Positions 23,717 to 36,660 of a DNA stretch of 64,000 nt are shown piece by piece. This DNA comes from Hypanus sabinus (lineage: Eukaryota): NCBI RefSeq assembly GCF_030144855.1, contig NC_082714.1, positions 93,372,001-93,436,000 of the forward strand, in the 5' to 3' direction. Made by a program: the position numbers and the translations under genes. Each line of letters begins with the position of its first letter. Positions within the stretch are counted from its first letter, which is position 1. The notes beneath the pieces are model-generated. The model saw nothing but the letters and a program-made list of their open reading frames with translations, ran no database searches and was not told where the DNA came from.

Positions 23717-25810
23717 ATGGTTCGGTCGGAATTTTTGCGCGCTCGTTGTCTTATTGTGTCCGGAGGAATGTTCCCAGCGCTTCATCTCTTGTGGGTTCTT
23801 CTGGTCCATTTACCAGGTGAGAATCGGATTGGTTCACGATCGGATTATTCGTTAAAATTGGGATTAATGCTGATTTTTATTTCGCTCCAAGTAACCCAGT
23901 GGTTTTATTGTGTTTTATTGCAGATATCCACGCGACCGTCGTGCTCACTCAGACCCCGATGTCCAGACCTGTTTCCGCGGGGCGAACCGTCCACTTAGAG
24001 TGTCGGATACAGAAAGGTAATGTTGGAAGTTACATGTACTGGTACCAACAACGCCCCGGGGAGTGACCAGAGTATGTGTTAGAACATTACCCAAACAATA
24101 ATATGTACCATGGGCCACGGATCACAGACCGTTTTCAACCATCCAGAGACACCTCCAGCAAAAGTAACATCCTGATTTCTGGGATGCACAAAGACTGAAC
24201 ACAGCTTAACTCAGAATAAAATTTAACTGCCAAAATGCAAGTGTAGTGCAGGTAGATAAGTTGCAAGATCATAAGGAGGTACTTGTGAGGTCAATCGTCC
24301 ATATAATCGGACCAGAAAACCATTCAATAGTCTTATTACAGCAGCCCCTCTGTAATGTCAAATTAAACCAATCCCTGCTGTCTACACATACTCCATATCC
24401 CTCTATTCTCAGCACACTCACGTGTCCGCCTAACAGCTTCTTAAACGTCCCTGTTGTACGTGTCTCCTCCAGCTCATGCACCCTCCACTCTGTTTAAAAA
24501 CTAAAAATTCACCGAACTTCTCTCGGCTTAGATTGCTATCCGCGGGAAAAATCTTGACTGTCGATCCTATCGCTGTCTCACATACTGTCTTGAATAATGT
24601 TCACACCTCATTCGGGGAAATGATCGCAACCACAGGCATGACATCTACCCTTCCCTCTTCATTCACCGCAACTGAAAACATGTTTGTTGCAAATATTCCA
24701 TAACATTTTTTTGAATGCGGTAAATCCTGGACCACAGGGCAGGATTTGATCACTTCAGGTTAACGCAATTCGCAGTTTCTGATTAAGAACCGTGTCATTA
24801 TGATTGTAGAAAACACAGGAAAGAAACGTCAGACTTAAAGTAATACACACTAGGGGAAGGTTCTGGACAGACAACAGACTGGTCACAATGTCGAGCGGCA
24901 GTAGGCGGGTTAGTGCGGGTTCGGAATGCAATCTGGTTCTGAACGAGTCGTTTCGCCTTTTCCCGCTTCTCAGACCTGCTCATTTTTCCGTCACTTCCTC
25001 TTCAGCCACTGGATCCCGAGTCTTAGATATCCACTGAGCTTTCCCGAACTCGGGACATCCCAAAGAGCCTTCTTACCATCATTAACTGAAAATGTCCCAT
25101 TCTCAGTTATTGCCCTAAGAATTCAAAATTTGGGGAGTTGTTGGAGAACAACAAGGAACTGGTCTCACTGGAGGGGTCAATCATTTGTGCACGGTTTGGG
25201 GAATTAGCGAAGAGATTGAGTAGCACTGAAGTTATATTTTATGCAATGCAGCACCGAGAGCAGAGTAGATTCAAAAACATTAAAAAAAACAATGTCACGT
25301 CGTTGACCCGCAAGGCTGCGAATAATCCAGGCAACTCTTCACCCAAAGGATTGCAACCGAGGGATCAAATGTGACGTATACTGTGTCCCAATGCCTATAT
25401 TATTTTCGGCGCTGGTGCTGATATCTTTGAACAGTCTATTAAATAATATAGTTTCTATTCCCCTCCTTCTTCTCTCCCACACAGATAGCGAATCTCGGCA
25501 GCTCTCAGTTCTCCTGCTCCCCCCTCTCCGGAGGTGACCGGCTCGGGTTCGGCCACTCTCTCCTGTCTGGTGAGTGGTTTTAAGCCGGGCTTAGTAGCGC
25601 TGCGCTGGAGCGTGGATAGATTCGAGACGAAGAGCGGGGTGACGACAGGCACCGTGTCCCTGTACCCCGAAAAGACCTACAGACTGAGCAGTTACCTGCG
25701 GGTACCCGCAGATGCCTGGAACAAGGGCTCGAGCTATTCCTGCAGCGTGAGTCACAGCTCGCTGAGCTCTTCGCTGCGCAACACCATCTTCATCCGCCTG
25801 TGTGCAGTGA
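23717..25810 (+). pseudogene. Ig light-chain cluster 1, type I / NS5 / sigma-cart-like: leader 23717-23816, truncated V 23924-24175, C 25485-25810
   Basis: V reads DIHATVVLTQTPMSRPVSAGRTVHLECRIQKGNVGSYMYWYQQRPGE*PEYVLEH...DRFQPSRDTSSKSNIL with TGA at 24064-24066, then homology to cluster 2 stops (no YYC, CDR3 or J). C reads SESRQLSVLLLPP/SPEVTGSGSATLSCLVSGFKPG...WSVD...YRLSSYLRVPADAWNKGSSYSCSVSH...I/SSACVQ* with two frameshifts. Confidence 0.9.
25485..25810 (+). pseudogene. IgL constant (C1) exon of cluster 1, full length but frameshifted
   Basis: Acceptor ctctcccacacag|. 1-nt loss in the C run near 25520 and 2-nt loss near 25789 relative to a frame ending SSACVQ*. ATTAAA at 25893-25898. Confidence 0.9.
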
Positions 25811-26721
25811 GAGTGCGATGGCTGGCAGAACACGCGGATTGCTTGCTGTTGTTTAATGCAGTGAAGCAATGATTGCGACTGTGCAGCAGCCCATTAAAAT
25901 GTAATTGTGTAGTAATGTTCGCCGATGGAAACAGGCAGAATGTTTACTGAATTCAGAGCAGTTGGCAATAATAACCCATCTTTTGCGACGGGTAATTTTG
26001 TGTAGAATTGTCGCCACTGTGCTGAGTCTGAACTACTGCTGTGTGTAGACTCAGGAGAGATCTCCCGCGCTGTGAATGGAATTTGTGAAACAAAACTCTA
26101 AAAAAAAAGAGGAAGTCCCAGTAAATTTATCGTGTCTCGTCTTTCCTTGGCTGCTGGCAGTACGTTGTTGGGGTGGGGGTGGATTGGTTCTGTACAACGT
26201 GCCGCCTGGGACCCTCAAACAGAACTATAGTTAAATCGACTCCGACATCTTATTCCACTTTCTGCACCCTGTGTCCTCAGCGTTCTTTGTTCGTCGGCAC
26301 TCACACCCTCATTCTCCGGAACCTATTCGTCGTTGTCCTGCACTTCTGCTCTTCATTTACAGCCATCCCTGTGGGACGGAGATCAACATTTTCATTGCCT
26401 TTTGGACAACGTCTTACCACCGTTGGGACTGTTACACAGTGGTGATGTTTCCCCGTGACTTGAACATTGTCTTCATCGATTCAGTTCGTTCCTGAAGGAA
26501 GGCCATCGACCTCACTTTCCACCTGCCACCACCGCCACCACCCACCACACCCACACCCACGCCCACTCACTAGCTTCTGTAACACATAGTGGTGTGTAAC
26601 AGTCTGTAATGGTGTCAACCTGTGCCTGGACTTCCACTAACCATTAATGACCATACCAATCACTCTATTTATGGAGTATATAGAGCAACGTCCGTGACAT
26701 TAGAGAAAATAAATCCTGTCC

Positions 26722-27291
26722 TGTCATGGTCCGGTCTGTGAAATACGCGATCCGGTTCACCGTCCGTCCATGGATTCCGTACTCCGGTTATTCCGTTTTT
26801 CCCTTATTCTGTTGGGTAGTTTAACTGAGGCACATGACTCTCGTTACGGTCTGGCAATAAGTAGATCTTGTGTCCAGCAATTCCTTGCTCGACCGTCCTT
26901 GTCAGTAACCCCGTCAGAAACCTCGTCAGTCACCAAGTCAGAAACATCGTCTGTACCCACAACGAGAAGCTCGGCTCAGTGTTCCGTGTTCTGCGTCTAA
27001 GAAGGTTCCTGGCGCAATGTCTTGTTTCCAGGGAGGAGCCCCTGAACACTGTTCTGTGACCTGTGACTAAGTCACGTCTGTTCTAATTTCAGAGTCCAAG
27101 TCCAGTCCAAGAGCTGAGTGTAAGTCGAGCCCAGTAGCCGAGTCCCAGTCCAGTCCAGTAGCCGAGTCTTATGTTGCCATTTTGTCCGCGCTCCTTGGCT
27201 TACCTAGCATTCTTAATAAACATAGTCCAGTTCCTAGTACTTCAGTGTCTGTGTCTTGCGTTTGGGTCCGCTACCATCGCCCCCTTGTAAC
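26722..27291 (+). mobile_element. Solo LTR (Gypsy type), 570 bp
   Basis: Starts TGTCATGG, ends TTGTAACG, AATAAA near 27215, flanks tgtcc/tgttc (4/5 TSD), internal ccagt-rich repeats. Confidence 0.7.
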
Positions 27292-28699
27292 GTGTTCAAA
27301 AGATAGAAATCTAATGAACAATCGGGCAAATGACGCCCACACTTGGTTTGCTGGAACACTTAACATTTTCAACGTTTTAAAACTTCTTTGAAAATACGGG
27401 GACTGTCAAGTGAATTATAGATCACTAAAACCAGAAAGAAAATCAATGAACATATGGAGAATACATTAAGTATTAAAAAGATTAGCTTTATTTTTCATAT
27501 GTAGATAGAAACATACAGTGCCCTTTGCGTCAAAACAAATCAATAAAGATTGTGCTGGGAACAGACCGGAAGGGTCACCAGGCTTTCGGCAACAACCTTT
27601 ATTTATTTGGTATTTGTCTATTTACCTATCTATCTGTTTTATATCTATCTGTCAAACTTCTGACTGTGTAGCTACTGTATCTATCTATCTTCCTAACTAT
27701 TTGCTTATTTATTTATTTATCGATCAGTGTGAAACAGGCCCATCTGGCGCAACGAGATGCCCAGAAACCCGCCGTTTTCACCCAAGCACAATCGAAGGAC
27801 AATTTACAATCACCAACTAACCCACTATCTGGTAGTTCTTTTAACTGTGGAAGGAAACTGGAGTACCTGGAAGATGCTGCATCTTAAACTCAATAACTGG
27901 TATGTGGGTATTATTGGTAACTGGAAAATGTCACGAAAATTTTCATAGCCTTTATTGAAAAGCGCCTGAAATACACATGCCGAGAGAGGATTTATTGCAC
28001 ATTTGCAATAAACATTTAAACATTATGGTTTACTGAATTATAAATAATACTGGATACAGCACCTTAAGACCTCCCACTGGAAAGCTGATCACTAATAATG
28101 TGGTTGCGATAGGACACATCCATACACCGGGATGCAGTCAGTAAATTAGATTCAACAACGAAAAAAATAGGGAGGTTCGCGTTTCTATTATTCCCTCTTT
28201 GACCAACAACCATCAGGTAGGAAGTACCACAGCATTAGTACAGGTCTGTGGGGATGGAAACAACTTTCCTCAGGACGTGAGATTACCGAACTCCCTGCGA
28301 ACACCCAGGTCACATCAACTCTGAACTATCGATAGTTCTGCTTACTTTCTGACTTGTGTCGTAAATGCACCCCATGCTCAATGTTAATCTTCTGAAATAT
28401 ATTTTATTCTTTGTTAAGTTATTTGTGGTACTATTATTTTCCGTGACGTCTGTGAATTTTATGCACCTTGTTGTGTAGTTTGGTTCGGAGGATCTTTGGT
28501 TTGTTTGGTTGAATGACTATGTAGAGTTATAGTGTGGAGTAATTAGTCTTCAAGATGCCTCAGATGGCGGCGATAAATGGCGTATCTTTACGTGCATCTC
28601 CGATGGGAATAGTCACAAATTCCCATTTAGGACTGCTATTGTGGAAATCCATAGCACGTGGGATTCCAAATCCCTTGAAATAAGTGTCATCATTGCAGT

Positions 28700-30400
28700 T
28701 GCTTTCTTTACCAGAGATGCGACGTGTACATTAACCTCTTGGGAGTCTTTCAAGAGGACTCCTGTCCTTTTGCGCCTCTGATGTTTGAAGCCTCCCCCTA
28801 TTTAGATAAGAGTCCGCACTATTGTTCATTTTACCAAAATGCACTAATTATATTTCCCAACACTGAATTCAACTTGCCAGTATTCTGCTCATTCTTTAAA
28901 TTTGTCTAAGTCATGCTGCAATCACACTGCTTCCTCAGCACTACCTACCGTCCACCTGTCTTCGTATCATCTGCAAACTTTATCACAGACACATCAAGTC
29001 CATTATCTAAAACGAGGAAATCTGCAGATGCTGGAAATTCAAGCAACGCACACGAAATGCTGTGGAACGCAGCAGGCCAGGCAGCATCTATAGTGAGAAG
29101 CACTGTCGAAGTTTCGGGCCGAGACCCTTCGTCAGGAGTAACTGAAAGGAAAGACAGTAAGAGATTTGAAAGTAAGAGGGGGAGGGGAAAATTCGAAATG
29201 ATAGGAGAAAACTGGAGGGGGCGGGGTGAAGCTGAGAGCCGGATAGGTGATTGGCAAAAGGGATACAGAGCTGGAGATAGGAAAGGATCATGGGACGCGA
29301 GGACTCGGGAGAAAGAAGGAGGGAGGGGAGCACTAGAAGGAGATGGAGAACAGGCAGAGTGATGGGCAGTAAGAGAGAGAAAAAAGCGTCGTGGGGAGGA
29401 ACTAAATATATCAGGGATGGGGTAAGAAGAGGAGGAGGGGCATTCACGGAAGTTAGAGAAGTCAATGTTCATGCCATCAGGTTGGAGGCTACCCACCCGC
29501 TATATAAGGTGTTGTCATGCCATCAGGTTCCATTATCTAAATCATTTTCAAACAATGTGAGAAGTAGCTGTTTTATTATTGACCTCTGACACTAAGACTC
29601 ACCGACAGCCAATCAGAAAAGGCTCCTTTTACTCCCACACGCGGCCTTCTGTCCGTCAGCCATTCCGCTATCAATGCTAGTATCTTTTCTGTAACACTGC
29701 CGAAATTCATCTTGTTAAGAACTTTCATGTGTGGATTCTTATCAAACGCCTTCTGAAAATTCAAGTACATGGCGTTCACTGCCTCACTTTTGTCCACACT
29801 GCTTTCACATCCCCGAAAAACTAACAGAGTAGTACCAGATTTCCTTTTGTGGAAACCATTCTGAGTTTGACTTAGTTTATCATTAGTCTCCAAGTATCAC
29901 GAAACCTCATCCTTAGCAATAGACTGCACCAAAGGCCAACGACTGTGATTAGGTTAACGGGCTTACAATTTCATTCTTTAAAGAATGAAGTAGATTTGCG
30001 ATTTTCTAGACCTCCGTCACCATGCCAGAATGAAGTGATTCTCGTAACTCTTCAGTAACCTCTCTCAGCTACATTAAGTCCCTTCAGTTGTACAGGACTT
30101 TTTCTTTCTAATACAAATAACTTTCAGTCCTGTTCCTTGACACTCACGGACTTCTGGCATATTTGCCATTTCATTCACAGTGAAGACAAATGCGAAGTAC
30201 CCATTAAGATCATCTGCCATTGCTTTGACCCCCATTAGTACATCACCAGCATCATTTCCAGTGGTCCAATATCAACTCTCACCTCCCTTTAACTCTTTAT
30301 ATAACTGTTGACTAATCATATTATGCCTCTTCAAACGTTATAACCATATAACAATTACTGCACGGAAACAGGCCATCTCTGCCCTTCTAGTCCATGACAA
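28700..30400 (-). mobile_element. CR1 LINE RT fragment interrupted by a Penelope insertion
   Basis: SQTQNGFHKRKS...YLNFQKAFDK; SVIKFADDTKTGG. Confidence 0.8.
29012..29528 (-). mobile_element. Penelope (Neptune-like) 3' fragment with 13-bp flanking direct repeat
   Basis: QHLI*RVGSLQPDGMNIDFSNFR ORF end and cctgacgaagggtctcggcccgaaac terminus; tccattatctaaa at 28999-29011 and 29529-29541. Confidence 0.8.
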
Positions 30401-30824
30401 ACGCTTACTCTCACCTAGTCCCACTGATCCGCACTCAGCCCATAACCCTGCATTCCTTTCCTGTCCATATACCTATCCAATTTTACTTTAAATGACAATA
30501 CCGAACCTGCCTCTACCACTTCTACTGAAAGCTCGTTCCACACAGCTACCACTCTCAGAGTAAAGAAATTCCCCCTCGTGTTACATTGCTACCAATGATA
30601 TAGGAAGGAAAAGCGGAATAGTCCTAAAAAGGGAATTTAGAGAGCGAGGCGGAAAACGGAGAAACAAGACCTCCCGGATAGTAATTTCTGGATTGCAGCC
30701 TGTGCCACGCTCCATTGAGGGTAGAAAGAGGATGATTTGGCATATTAATGTGGGACTGAGAAGCTGGTGCAGAGGACAGAGCTTCAGGAACATTGGGATC
30801 TCTTCTGGAGGAGGAATGACCTGT

Positions 30825-32220
30825 TCAGAGTAATAATGTGAGCTGGCTTAAGGACTATCACCCGGTAGCACTCACATCTACAATGATGAAATACTTTAGG
30901 AACTTGGCCATTACTAGACTGGAGTCCTGCATCAGCAAGGACCTGGACCCATTGCAATTTGCCGATCGCTACAATAGGTCAACAGTAGATGCAATCTCAA
31001 TGGCTCTTCAAACGGTTTTAGACCAGCTGGACAACGCAAACACTTGTGTCAGGATGGTGTTAATCGACTATCACTCAGCATTTAATATCATCATTCCCAC
31101 AATCCTGACCGAGAAGCCGCAGAACCTGGGCCTCTGTACTTCCCTCTGCAATTGGATCTTCGAATTCCTAACCAGAAGACCACAATCTGTGCGGATTGGT
31201 GATAACATCACCTAGTCGCTGACGAACAACAGTGGTACACCTCAGAGGTGTGTGCTTATCCCACCGCTCTACTCTCTATATACCCATGACCGTGTGGCTA
31301 TGCTTAGCTCAAATACCATCTATAAATTTGCTGATGATACAACCATTGTTGGCATTATCTCAGGTGGTGACGATGGGAGTACAGGAGTGAGATACGCCAA
31401 CTAGTGGAGTGGTGAGGCAGCAACAACCTGTCATTCAACGTCAGTGAGACGAAAGAGCTGATTGTGGACTTCGGGAAATGTATGACAAAGGAACGCATAC
31501 CACTCCGCATAGAGTGATCAGAAGTGGACAGAGTGAGTAGTTTTAAGTTCCTGGGTATAAAGATCTCTGAGGGCCAAACCTGGTCCCAACATATTAATGT
31601 AGTAATTAATATTGAAGAAGGAAATACAGTTTCATTGGGAGTTTAAGAGATTTGGCATGACAAAAATACACTGAAAAACTTTTATAGATGTACCGTAGAG
31701 AGTATTCTGACAGGCTACACCACTATCTGGTATGGGGGTTGGGTGGGCTGCTGTGGTGCTGCTGCATATGACCGAAAGAAGCTGCAGAAGTTTATACATT
31801 TATTCGTCTCCATCTTTGGTACTACCCTACAAAGTACCCAGATGTTTCAGAAAGTCAGCTTCCATTATTAAGGACCTCCAGCAGCCAGGGCATGCCCTTT
31901 GCTCACTGTTAACATCGGAGGGCAGATACAGAAGCCTGAAGGGCAACATTAATTGATTCAGGAACAGCTGCTTCTCCTCTGCAATCCCATTCTTAAATGG
32001 ACATCCCTTGGACATTACCTGAAATTTTAAGATATGTTGTTTCTGGTTTTTGCACGATTTTTAATCTATTCAATATACGAATACTGTGACTGATTTAGAT
32101 ATTATTATTATTATTTTATTTTTTCTACGTTATGTATTGCATTGAACTGCTGCAGCTATGTTAACAAATCTCACGTCACATGCCGGTGATAATAATCCGG
32201 ATTCTGATTCTGATTCAAAA
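30825..32220 (+). mobile_element. Rex1/Babar LINE RT and 3' end
   Basis: DYHPVALTSTMMK...LDPLQFA...IDYHSAFN...CNWIFEFLTRRPQSVRIG; KFADDTT; gattctgattc tail. Confidence 0.88.
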
Positions 32221-32479
32221 GTGATGGTTTGCACGGAAACACGAGGGGGACCAATATTCTCGCCAGCAAGTTTGTTAGAGATGTTGGGAGAGTTTAAACG
32301 ATTTTGTCAGGCGTTGGGGTTGGGGGAGAGGGTTGTTGTGGGAGTGGAGGGGGACGTGGCAATTGAAGTGAAGGGACTTCGTTTGAATGGATGATGAAAA
32401 AGTAAAGATAGCGTGAGATCAGCGTGCAGCAAGGGCAGGCAGATGACAGGACTAAATTACAGGCAGCAGGTTGAGTTTC

Positions 32480-33170
32480 AGTGCATTCGGGATGTAGAAG
32501 CAAACAGAGTAACAAATACAGTACTCAAGGTGTTATATATCAATGTACGGAGTTTAAGAAATAAGGTAGATGATTTTGTTGCACTATTACAGATTTTCAT
32601 GTATGAGGTTGTGGCCATCTCTGAAACGTGGCTGAAGGATGGTTGTTGTCGGGGGATGAAAGCCCAAGGTTGTATCGGAGCGATAGGAAGGTAGGAACAG
32701 GGGTAGCATGGATCTGCTGTAAATAAATGGCATCAAAGCAGTAGAAAGATGTGACATAGGACCGGAAGATGTAGAATCCTTGTGTGTTGAATTAAGAAAA
32801 TGCAGGCATAAAAGGATAGCAGTTAAAAGAAGACCGCTCAACAGCAGCTGGGATGTGGACCCGAGTTTACAACAGGAAATAAAGCGCGTGTCAAAAAGGC
32901 AAGGTTGCGATAGTCATGGGAGATCTCAACATGCAGGTCGATTGGGAAAGTCAGGCTGGAAATGGAAGTCAGGAGAGTGAGGTTACTAAATGCTGACGAG
33001 ATGCCTTTTAAGAGCAGTTTGTCTTTGAACATACTAAGGAATCAGCTATACTGAATTGGAAATGAACTGTATATGATTAGCGAATTAAGTTAAAATAACC
33101 CTCGGGTGTCAGTTATTACAATGTGATTGAGTTTAACTTAAAATTTAATAGGGGAAGATGAAACTCGGAC
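32480..33170 (+). mobile_element. CR1 endonuclease fragment
   Basis: VLYINVRSLRNKVDD...VAISETWL. Confidence 0.75.
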
Positions 33171-34919
33171 GTATCAGTATTGAACTGCAGTTGACTGAGG
33201 GTTGGCTTCTCTTATTCTATCGCTCCTCGTTAAATGAAACTCATATCCCAGCAATGAAATATTGTGTTGTGCCTGATGGATGGGTTTTCTTCAGTAAGAA
33301 GGGAGGGCTGGGCTGACAGGTTATTTCAAACAACGGAGGCTGAGCAGACGGGACAAAATAGGCGACAGTGCAGCATGATTTCAGTGTAAAGTGAAAAGAG
33401 TCACGAGAGAGCCCGGGATGCCAGATTGCTTCTGGGATCGCCTCCGATTAGCGGCACCACGGCCAGTTTGAAATAAGAAGAGCGATGTTTTCAATTGGGA
33501 AAGTCCGCGAAACTCTATATTTTCTTGTCCCACAAGTGGATGGGTTGGTTGATTGGCACCCGTCTGTATCGAAAGACAATGGGTAATGATGATCAACATC
33601 ACAAGCCTCGGCGGAAGGTATGGAGATCCTGAGATACCAGTCGTCAAGATCACCCTCTCGCCTTCCAAAGGAAAGCTTATGGAACATTACGTTTGGCACT
33701 TGTTCGGCTCCTTGAGCTGCCGGAATTCTGTTCAATTGTATCAGTCACCTTAGGGACTCCACTCCTGAGTCGGTAAGTATACACTATTGATGATGGGATC
33801 TGTTGTCTTACTCACAGAAAGGGAATCGGGCGATATGGAGAGCGCGCAGGGAAGGAGGGTTGTTGCCGGTGGTCTAATTATTGTGATGCAGAGTCGAGGG
33901 AATGAATTATGTACTCCAGCTCTTCCATACCTTTTTTACTGAATCGGGTGAAGGGGTGTGGGTGTCGTTGTTGAGTTATGGGAGTTTGGGTTTGAGAGCT
34001 GCAAAGCAGTTTTTAATAAACTCAGACATTACCCTTCCCAATCAAACTCACCCTGACCATCAGATTAACACAACCAGTTTGTCCAACCCAGATGGTGTTT
34101 CATAGGGTTTAACAGCCAGGTGTCAGATTGTGTCTATAGGTGGGGCTGATACAGCTACGGACCTCGTGATCTCCCAGCTGGGGCAAGAGGTGCCGAAACA
34201 CCCTTTATATACCTACAGTCACGCAAATTGCTGCTGTGAATTGTCTTCTTTGTGAAGCAGTTCATTTGGTGCCGTTACTGGCTTCCGGGGAGGAGGTGGC
34301 GTGAGTGTATAATGGTGAGATAGGGAGGAGGGGGAACGGGTGACTCTTATGAATAGTATGTACTGCAGTCTTCTTTCATCGAGGAAGTACAATTGCCGGA
34401 AGACGCTGAATGACATCACCTGATCCTGAATCTTCCTTACTTTATTTATTTAGTTTAGGTTTGATGACTTCTATTCAACTGCAACAAAAGCTTTAGCCGC
34501 TACTGAGCTGTGACTCCTCACCTAAGCCTCTTGAGCCAAAGTCGGTAATCTCCGCTCTGTCCGCTGGTAAACTACACCACCAAGCAATTCTCGTGTCCAC
34601 TTTGTTAGGACTACCACCCCGCCACTTTTCGAATTTCTGGGTTCGGTTTTTTCCTTTGAAAAATGCGCCAAGCGCCTCTAATGCCGCTAGAGCTAGAGAA
34701 CTGCTCACGCAAAAGCGAAAAAAAAGTCAGCCAAAAACAAAGGATAAGCCGGAGAAACAATCATAGCAAGTTATCCCCGTCCAAAATTTAAAAAATAGAT
34801 CATAAGAATGCTGCAGCCCAAACCAACCAAGCTTCCTTCTCACTCTCACACTCTCTAAAACAGCGCGCAAAGCCGGTCCGAAGTCTGCTACTGCAGCAAC
34901 AGCTCAACCCAGAAACCCA

Positions 34920-36660
34920 GGTAATGTAGCCATTAGTGAGATTTGGTTGCCGGAGGAACAGCAGCTCAGAGTGCAGGGGTTCAATTGTCTTAGACGTGAC
35001 AGAGCGGGAATAATTAAAGGAGGAGGTGTATTACTACTCATGGAGAACATCACGGCAGTGTTCAGTCAGTACGGAATGGAGAGCTCGTCTAATGGGGCTT
35101 TCTGGGTAGAACCAAAAAATAAGAAATGTTTTGTCACATCGACCACCCAGCAGTCCGCAAGGTTAGAAAATAAATTTTTGCAGAGCAATCGCAGACTGTT
35201 ACCAGAAACATCAGATTATGATAACAGGTTGTTTTAAATTTGTACATATTGACTAGGTCTCTCATATCGTAAAATGGCTGGATGGGAAAGAATTTGTCGT
35301 TTGTGTTCAGGAAAGTTTCCTCAATTTTTACGTCGGTCTCAGAGAGAGATCGATTGAGGTACTAGATCCCCTGCTTGGGGACGTGAGAGAAATTTGTTTG
35401 TATAACACTTGGTGTCCACTGAACATAATACCATTAGTTTCAATGTAATTATGGAAAAGCAGATGTCTAATGCTCGGGTAGTGATTCTAAATTGGAGAAA
35501 GGTCAATTTTTATGGTATACGAAAGGAATTGACAAGTGAAGATTGTGACAGGTTGTTTTCTGATTAAGGTGTTTTTGGTAAATTGGAGGCGTTCAAAAAT
35601 GCGTTTTTAATAGTGGAGAGATTGCATGCTCCTGTCAAAGTAAAAGGCAATGATGAAAGGTTTAGGAAAGTTTGTTCTTTGAGAGATATTCAGGCCATGG
35701 CGAAGAAAAAGCCCGAGGTGAAAGAAGTTATAGGCAGAAAGTAAGAAGAGAGTTATTTGAGGTGAATATGAAATGCAAGAGGACACTCAAGAAGGAAATC
35801 AAGAGGGCTGAAAGAAAGCACGAGGTTTGTCTTGTAAAAAAGGCGAAGGAAAATCCCAAGGGTTTCTACAGACATATAAAGAGCAAAAAGATAACAAGGG
35901 ACGACACCGGTCCTCTGGAAGCTCAGTAACCTATTTGTGGAGCCGAAAGAGATGTGGGAGATGGTCATTCTGCATCTATATTTACTTTGGAGATGAATAG
36001 AGGCAAAGCTGCAGCGATATCATGGCCTCTATACAGCTTGCAGAGGATGAGATGTTTGCTGTCTTGAGCAAATTAGGGTAGATAAATCCCGGGGGTTGAT
36101 GCGGCATTCCCTTCGACTCTGTGGGGGGCTAGTGCAGAAATTGCAGGGCCCTTAATAAAGATGTTTAAATCATCCTTAGGCACAGGTGAGGTGCCGGAGG
36201 TAGAAATAATAACAGTTGTTCTGTTTAAGAAATGTTCTATGCCGGTAGGTCTGACACCCGTGTGGGACACCCTGAGCCCTACGGAATAGTTCAATATGTT
36301 GGGTCTTTATTGTCTGGAACATAGAAGATTGAGGGGTGATTTGATAAAGGTATATAAAATTATGAGGGGTAAATGCAGGCGAATTTTACTCACGGATGTT
36401 GGCTGAGACTACAAGTAGAAGTCATGGGTTAAAGATGAAAGATGGAAGGGTTAAGGGGAACATGAGGAGGAACATCTTCATTCAGAGGGCGTTGAGAATG
36501 CGGAACGAGTTGCCAGCTGAAGTTGTGAATACGAATTGGATTTCAATATTTAAGTAACATTTGGAGAGGTCCGTGGTAAGTGAGAAGTGGAGTGCGATGC
36601 CCCAGATGCAGGTCGATGGGACGAGGCAGCTTAATATTTCGGCACAGACTAAATGGGCCA
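34920..36660 (+). mobile_element. CR1 LINE ORF2 with large deletions and 3' end
   Basis: FNCLRRDRAG; KKEIKRAERKHE...KENPKGFYRHIKSK; 3' tail near 36650. Confidence 0.8.

Larger units (their letters stand above)
22350..26583 (+). repeat. Segmental duplication, copy 1 (IgL cluster unit)
   Basis: Collinear by eye with 47755-52123, from actgca(a/g)aatgactgagttgat to cacacccac...tagcttctgtaac. Confidence 0.9.

Noticed and set aside
24198-24230. cacagc as a possible RSS heptamer after the truncated V of cluster 1
   Set aside because: No nonamer at 12 or 23 nt, and the homologous sequence in cluster 2 lies after J, in the intron.
25534-25872. 112-aa ORF read as a C domain with a novel tail (IFIRLCAVRVRW...)
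   Set aside because: The tail results from a 2-nt deletion; the original frame ends SSACVQ* at 25810.
27095-27170. Short ccagt repeat array as a CRISPR-like array
   Set aside because: Eukaryotic DNA, no unique spacers, and it lies inside a solo LTR.
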